Position numbers and translations under genes: made by a program
Virus record (IMG/VR): IMGVR_UViG_3300028557_000031
Coordinates: 54,205 to 74,204 of that record
DNA: 20,000 nucleotides
Reading direction: 5' to 3' (one strand)
Source of the DNA: an uncultured virus (IMG/VR IMGVR_UViG_3300028557_000031)
Taxonomy: Duplodnaviria; Heunggongvirae; Uroviricota; Caudoviricetes
The notes under the pieces: model-generated
Databases searched by the model: none
Seen by the model: the letters and a program-made list of their open reading frames with translations, nothing else
What the model was told of the DNA's origin: nothing
Shown: positions 15,306 through 20,000 of the stretch, piece by piece
Numbering within the stretch: the first letter of the stretch is position 1
Layout of the letters: every line of letters begins with the position of its first letter

Positions 15306-16085
15306 ATGGAAAGATTTTTAAATAATGTTAGAGGCATTAGACTTTGGTTTTTATTTAAATTTGGTATCTCTTACCAAGATAAAACTATTGATAAATTTGA
15401 AATGGTAAAAGAATGGGATTTTACCAAATTAGATTTACCTACTTTGTCCCAAGATTTTAGATTTCAACCCCCATGGGGTGAAAAGGTGAACAAAAACCAT
15501 ACTTGTAGGTTCGATGTTAATAATATAAAGTTAACTTCAGAAGGAATCGAGTTTTGGAACACAAGAAACTCTGACCCTCAAACCCCATACAACGCAGGTA
15601 CCATTATTTCAAGAAACCCAACTTCAATACCAACATTCGGTAGAATAGAAACCAAAGTTTATATCCCAAGATTCGAGGGTCAGTGGACTGCATTTTGGAC
15701 AACAGATAAAGAAGCTACAATGCCCGAATTCGATGTGTTCGAATATATGTGGGGTGTAGGCGGAGAGGAGACAATTGCTGGTAATGTACACTATGGTACT
15801 TCGTATAAATCAAAAAAATGGAAATTTGATTCACCTTCAAAATATAAAATACCATCAGAATCTTACAAAAAACCAATCAAATTTGTTTGTGAATTTTATC
15901 CGAACAAAACAATTTATTACATCAACAACATTAAAGTTTGGGAAAGTGTTAGAGGATATACCCCAAATAACAAACTTATTTGGTTGGGTGGCGGGACTCA
16001 CTATCAAGGTCCCTTGGGTGATGGACCTTGGTTGAGTATGAAATCATCTTATCTTAGATACTATAAATTAAAAGATTCAATTTAG
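15306..16085 (+). CDS. Glycoside hydrolase family 16 protein
   Basis: FGRIETKVYIP, GQWTAFW and catalytic ExDxxE (EFDVFE); TATTTAT at 15288-15294. Confidence 0.8.
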   Translation: MERFLNNVRGIRLWFLFKFGISYQDKTIDKFEMVKEWDFTKLDLPTLSQDFRFQPPWGEKVNKNHTCRFDVNNIKLTSEGIEFWNTRNSDPQTPYNAGTIISRNPTSIPTFGRIETKVYIPRFEGQWTAFWTTDKEATMPEFDVFEYMWGVGGEETIAGNVHYGTSYKSKKWKFDSPSKYKIPSESYKKPIKFVCEFYPNKTIYYINNIKVWESVRGYTPNNKLIWLGGGTHYQGPLGDGPWLSMKSSYLRYYKLKDSI

Positions 16086-16087
16086 AA

Positions 16088-16756
16088 CTACTTAATAAAT
16101 TTTGATAACTTTGGATTTTTTTTATGTAATTTTCCCCTGAGGTTGGTATCCAAAATCGTAAGTTTATCGGTCTTTTTGTAACTAATTTCGTAACTAAAAT
16201 TGGTTACAAGGGGTTTGACACGAATTGCATGAATGAAATCTTTAACAGTGACCTCTTTTTCTTGGTGAGTTATTGTTAGACTTCTAATATTGGTTTTGAT
16301 TTCCGCAATTTTAGGGTTCAAAATTTCTGATTTTTCCCGATATAACGGATTTTCACAATGAATAATAATAGATGAAACCGAAATAAATGGTGGATTCCTT
16401 TCTCTCCATTCGTAAGTAGGTTTTTTCATACCCATACACTTTAAAATTTTACTCACCTCATCATTGAAACTTTTTTTAAACCTCTCTATATTAGTGTGAG
16501 CAATAAGAGCACTTTTATGATTGTTAGAAAAAATTTTGACCCAATCCACTTTGATATTTGCACTATAATATATTCTGACACAATTTTGTTCAGATTCTGT
16601 TAGGGTGAATATCTTATTTTGTGGATGTAATTTAATTATAACAGTATCTTTTAATTTGTAATAAGCACTTGGGGGTAGAATTTCCCGAGCTTTGTCTCTC
16701 AAGAGTCTCGTGAGTATTTTTTTAACTCGACTGTGTTTAAGATTGTTTGTCTTCAT
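16088..16756 (-). CDS. Basic hypothetical protein
   Basis: 222-aa ORF. Confidence 0.75.
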   Translation of the reverse strand: MKTNNLKHSRVKKILTRLLRDKAREILPPSAYYKLKDTVIIKLHPQNKIFTLTESEQNCVRIYYSANIKVDWVKIFSNNHKSALIAHTNIERFKKSFNDEVSKILKCMGMKKPTYEWRERNPPFISVSSIIIHCENPLYREKSEILNPKIAEIKTNIRSLTITHQEKEVTVKDFIHAIRVKPLVTNFSYEISYKKTDKLTILDTNLRGKLHKKNPKLSKFIK

Positions 16757-16762
16757 TAAAAA

Positions 16763-17011
16763 TTAAGATTTGACAATTCTTGCGTCTTTGAAAGAACCTG
16801 TATCTATGAATTCACTATTAAGATAATCAATTACATCTTGCATGGTTTCCACTTCATTATCAGATAATCTAATTGCTAAAGCGGTGCCTGAGGCCAATAC
16901 CATTGCTAATATGTCGGGAGACAAATCTTGCTCGGAGTTTTGATTTACTTGAATTTTCGATAAACCATCAGTTATAGTAACCATAACCTCTACTTTATAT
17001 GTTTCTTCCAT
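16763..17011 (-). CDS. Acidic hypothetical protein
   Basis: 82-aa ORF directly after a consensus promoter. Confidence 0.75.
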   Translation of the reverse strand: MEETYKVEVMVTITDGLSKIQVNQNSEQDLSPDILAMVLASGTALAIRLSDNEVETMQDVIDYLNSEFIDTGSFKDARIVKS

Positions 17012-17015
17012 TTTT

Positions 17016-17047
17016 CAAAGATACTCTTTTTAATTTACAATTACAAA
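17016..17047 (-). promoter_or_regulatory. Complete Bacteroidota sigma-A promoter, ATG 4 nt downstream
   Basis: TTTG(17047-17044)-N20-TATCTTTG(17023-17016)-AAAA-ATG. Confidence 0.75.
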
Positions 17048-17052
17048 AAAAT

Positions 17053-17769
17053 TTAAAAATTAGCATTACAGTTGTATTTCACATCAAACGAATTCCCCTG
17101 ACAAGACACTAAATAAGGACTCAATTTTTGTAAATCGTAATTGTCAAACCATTTTTCAAATAAAGGTTCGGAAATCCCCTGAGATAGGTAATGTTCGTGG
17201 TCTTCTTTCAGTATTTTTTCCTTATAACTAACAAACCCAAAACCTAAATATGTTTCAGGATTACTACTACCGTGAAAGTTACTAGTCATTTTCCAACCAT
17301 CACTAATTTGCTCGAAAGTATTTTCAAACATTATTTTTATGTTTTCAGAAGTCCCACCAATTAAGTGGTCTGAAATATGAAAATAATTACCTTGATACCC
17401 TCTATAATAAATGTCACTACAGATAATCTGTTCTTTTTTATATTTCATTTCCCTTACAAATCTGTGAAGATTGGAATAAAACTCATCACCACGAACTTTA
17501 ATCAAATATTCAGTATTAACATATGGAAATGCATTGGTGGTAGATTGGATTTGAAATTGAAGTGACGATATGTCAATTGTTTTTTGTGGTTGAGGTAAAA
17601 TTAAAAAAGACCATTTTTTTGGGATAGATGAAATATTAATTTGGTTGTCATGTCCATCCACTTTTGTCCAAGTAGAAACAACAACATTCCAATCAAAATA
17701 AGTGTCAACCCACCGTTTTGAACACGCAGGATTGATTCTTCCTTGTAAAATTATGGTCACATCATCCAT
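17053..17769 (-). CDS. WavE-like lipopolysaccharide synthesis protein
   Basis: VTIILQG, VVSTW, QIQSTTNAF..VNTEYLIKVRGD and FHISDHLIGG follow the WavE motif order. Confidence 0.7.
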   Translation of the reverse strand: MDDVTIILQGRINPACSKRWVDTYFDWNVVVSTWTKVDGHDNQINISSIPKKWSFLILPQPQKTIDISSLQFQIQSTTNAFPYVNTEYLIKVRGDEFYSNLHRFVREMKYKKEQIICSDIYYRGYQGNYFHISDHLIGGTSENIKIMFENTFEQISDGWKMTSNFHGSSNPETYLGFGFVSYKEKILKEDHEHYLSQGISEPLFEKWFDNYDLQKLSPYLVSCQGNSFDVKYNCNANF

Positions 17770-18672
17770 TTAAAAAAATTCGTTCAGAAACCTAACTTTA
17801 TCATTATGATAAAAAATCATAGGAGGATAGTCAATCGGAATTTCTCCAGGTCCACTTCTATCGGGATTCAATATAGATGAAACATATTTTTGTAAATTTT
17901 GGGTGACAACATTATCTTCCTCAATAAAATTTTCACGACTTGAGTGTTTTTTTTGAATACCAATAGAAATTCTATCACATATCCACATATCCGATGCCAT
18001 GGTTAACCAATAAGAAATTTTATCATTTTGATGAGCAGCCAAAAAATCAAAATGTAATTTTTTGTCTTCCCCGATAATCATTTCTTTATCATAACGAAAA
18101 TCTATCTCGGTAATTTTTTTAGAAAAAAGTACAAACCTAGCATAATTGGCAATAGAAATACCATCTACAATAGGGTCTCTACCTAATTGACCAACCCACG
18201 AATGCATATCAGCATAATTAGTACCCCATAGTTGAGTATAAAGACCATTATTTAATTTGTGTCTACCATCCTCGTAATTTTCAACAATAACATCTAATGG
18301 AATTGTTGATAGAACATCGGTGTTAGGATATTTTTTCAAATGTCTTTCAACTTGAGTTAAAAAAGTGGGATAAAACAAATCATCGCCATCAAGTTGTGCC
18401 AAGTGAGTAAAATCTGATTTTTTGAAAACATCAAACACAGCATTTTTACCCGTCGAAGGTGTACCATCGGACTCAGTCACAGAGTACTGAATATTGTTAG
18501 ATTCACAAAATTCAACAATTCCATCAATGAATTCTTGGTCCAAACTATTAATTACAACATGAACCCCATAGAGTAAATTATGATTTAGTTGATGGAATGA
18601 GCTACGAATTGCTCTTATCGCCCTCCAAAGGTCTTCACTAACTAAAGGACACATTAAAATTTTTGTCTGCAT
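17770..18672 (-). CDS. GT-A fold glycosyltransferase (GT2-like)
   Basis: GTPSTGKN, LAQLDGDD (DxD) and GED motifs; abuts the WavE-like gene. Confidence 0.75.
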   Translation of the reverse strand: MQTKILMCPLVSEDLWRAIRAIRSSFHQLNHNLLYGVHVVINSLDQEFIDGIVEFCESNNIQYSVTESDGTPSTGKNAVFDVFKKSDFTHLAQLDGDDLFYPTFLTQVERHLKKYPNTDVLSTIPLDVIVENYEDGRHKLNNGLYTQLWGTNYADMHSWVGQLGRDPIVDGISIANYARFVLFSKKITEIDFRYDKEMIIGEDKKLHFDFLAAHQNDKISYWLTMASDMWICDRISIGIQKKHSSRENFIEEDNVVTQNLQKYVSSILNPDRSGPGEIPIDYPPMIFYHNDKVRFLNEFF

Positions 18673-18717
18673 GGAATAAAAATAAACTAAAAGGGTTTAT
18701 TCTAAATACCAACTACT

Positions 18718-19104
18718 TTAACTCTGACCGGTAATAATAAATCCAAAGGATTCATTTTTGAATAGCCACATATTAATAAAATACCCATCAATATAACATT
18801 CCAAATACCCAATAACACTCCTGTTGAATTTATTCATTTTTGGTTCACTACCTTCCTCTTTCAAAAAATTCATATAAGGTTTGTTTCCTTTGAAAACAAT
18901 ACACTTAGATGAGGTATCTGATTCCATTAGGTCCATAACCTTATACATTTTACGGGGGGTTAAAGAAAATTCATTCCACCTTAACCCTTCGTCATCGAAA
19001 AAAGTGGAGTCAGTACCAGCAAACATTATGTGTAAAGCCTGTTCTTTGTTTTGGGAAAAAAGTGAAATGGATAAAACCATCAATAGTATAAAAATGTTTT
19101 TCAT
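18718..19104 (-). CDS. Secreted hypothetical protein
   Basis: Signal peptide MKNIFILLMVLSISLFS followed by Q, a common Bacteroidota SPI pattern. Confidence 0.7.
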   Translation of the reverse strand: MKNIFILLMVLSISLFSQNKEQALHIMFAGTDSTFFDDEGLRWNEFSLTPRKMYKVMDLMESDTSSKCIVFKGNKPYMNFLKEEGSEPKMNKFNRSVIGYLECYIDGYFINMWLFKNESFGFIITGQS

Positions 19105-19454
19105 AAGTTTAAATGTTTTCTGTAATTTTTTAATAATGAATTAATATTATCTCTCCCGACAGGATTGGCAGATTGAATATCCCAATCAGGTACATCAATT
19201 TCACCATTTTCCATGCAGTAATTAACCAACCATTTAGCGGCGTCATAACCCGTTCCATTTTTATCCTCACCTAAATCATGGTCAAAGAAAATCTTATCAG
19301 GTAACCCAAATTCATTGATGTAATTAACAAACATCGGAAATTCTTTTACCCAAATAAGAGTATCCACAGATTTGTCTAACTCAGAAATATAATGGTCATA
19401 CCAAACGCTTTGGTTTGGGTCACGAAGGTCGTCTAACCAAAGATAAGTTTTCAT
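19101..19454 (-). CDS. Cyclic-phosphate-processing receiver domain protein (cREC_REC-like); start revised to MKTYLW
   Basis: LWLDDLRDP, FFDHDLG, GYDAAKWL, QSANPVG; TATCTTTG-GGGT-ATG upstream. Confidence 0.8.
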   Translation of the reverse strand: MKTYLWLDDLRDPNQSVWYDHYISELDKSVDTLIWVKEFPMFVNYINEFGLPDKIFFDHDLGEDKNGTGYDAAKWLVNYCMENGEIDVPDWDIQSANPVGRDNINSLLKNYRKHLNL

Positions 19455-19466
19455 ACCCCAAAGATA

Positions 19467-19497
19467 ATAAAAAACCCCCACAATAGATGTGAGGGTT
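19467..19497 (-). terminator. Intrinsic terminator
   Basis: Minus strand AACCCTCACA-TCTAT-TGTGGGGGTT then T run. Confidence 0.75.
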
Positions 19498-19520
19498 CAA
19501 ACTTATTTCACTTAAGGTAC

Positions 19521-19832
19521 TTATCTTCTAATCCCTTTACCTACGGTGATATTACCTTTATTGGTATACATATCATACATTCTTTTTGTGGTTAAACACC
19601 ATCTTGTATTACAGTTGTTTATGTACTCCATGAAATTATCGTAGTCTTCAGGACCGAACTCTCTTGTTTCAGAAAATTCAATATCTGAATCCACACCTCT
19701 ATCCATAGTGTCATAATACTTTCCGCCATGAGCATCATGAGTTGCAAACATTTCCTCATCTTCGTTTTCTTTTATAACTCTTTTAACAATACGAGCCAAA
19801 TCTGATTCTGTTAGTCTAACAATCTTTTTCAT
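19521..19832 (-). CDS. Hypothetical protein with LTESDL leader
   Basis: MKKIVRLTESDLARIVKRVIKE; TATTTAT at 19853-19847. Confidence 0.85.
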   Translation of the reverse strand: MKKIVRLTESDLARIVKRVIKENEDEEMFATHDAHGGKYYDTMDRGVDSDIEFSETREFGPEDYDNFMEYINNCNTRWCLTTKRMYDMYTNKGNITVGKGIRR

Positions 19833-20000
19833 AATTTAATTTTATAATAAATATATGGATAAACCCCTTTATCTGAGATACCCTTTTCATAATGCCTTAA
19901 AGAGTTCATTTTCATATCGTCGAGATAATCACCAAGTTTTATTCTTCTTAAAATAGATATTGGTAGTTTGCTCTGTTCCCTTAATATTCTTCTTATGGAT
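19829..20000 (-). CDS. Partial ORF entering from window edge (...SIRRILREQSKLP...)
   Basis: Frame open from 19999 to TGA at 19831-19829 with ATGA overlap; IRRILRE resembles the leader motif. Confidence 0.55.
   Translation of the reverse strand, partial: SIRRILREQSKLPISILRRIKLGDYLDDMKMNSLRHYEKGISDKGVYPYIYYKIKL

Noticed and set aside
425..19144. Shadow ORFs 425-622, 2025-2276, 2576-2878, 2973-3269, 5356-5586, 6173-6385, 8391-8615, 9409-9669, 12626-12862, 15775-16035, 17377-17565, 18881-19144
   Set aside because: They overlap better-supported genes antisense or out of frame and lack upstream motifs or recognisable domains
819..19853. ATAAATA read as T4-type TATAAATA late promoters on the opposite strand
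   Set aside because: They would point away from the adjacent gene start, most lack the leading T, and orientation follows the gene as TATTTAT on both strands
1..20000. Stop-codon reassignment as in some large phages
   Set aside because: Genes end cleanly at TAA, TAG and TGA and coding density is high under the standard code
1..20000. tRNA, rRNA, integrase or transposase
   Set aside because: No cloverleaf, rRNA-like stretch or recombinase motif was seen by eye; tRNAscan-SE was not run

Overview
AT-rich (roughly 30% GC by eye), gene-dense accessory region of a large tailed phage, standard genetic code, with most genes on the minus strand. A Bacteroidota host is inferred from TTTG-N20-TAnnTTTG promoters and the lack of obvious Shine-Dalgarno sites. 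Recognisable products: calcineurin-like metallophosphoesterase (partial), DUF2452 protein, degenerate sulfotransferase-like protein, GH19 endolysin, 2OG-Fe(II) oxygenase, peptidoglycan-binding protein, GH16 hydrolase, WavE-like protein, GT-A glycosyltransferase and a cyclic-phosphate-processing receiver-domain protein. Main observations: (1) an in-frame, polarised array of 36-nt repeats with 30-nt unique GC-richer inserts inside ORF 9286-9876, resembling a type VI-B CRISPR array in geometry; (2) two upstream motif classes, TAnnTTTG placed 4-5 nt before ATG (probably leaderless) and TATTTAT (15 sites, putative late promoter); (3) shared N-terminal leader peptides ending in L/I-x-E or Y-E on unrelated proteins, possibly a capsid-targeting system; (4) seven small ORFs missed by the ORF track, including an Sda-like 46-mer. 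All family assignments come from motif recognition, not database searches.
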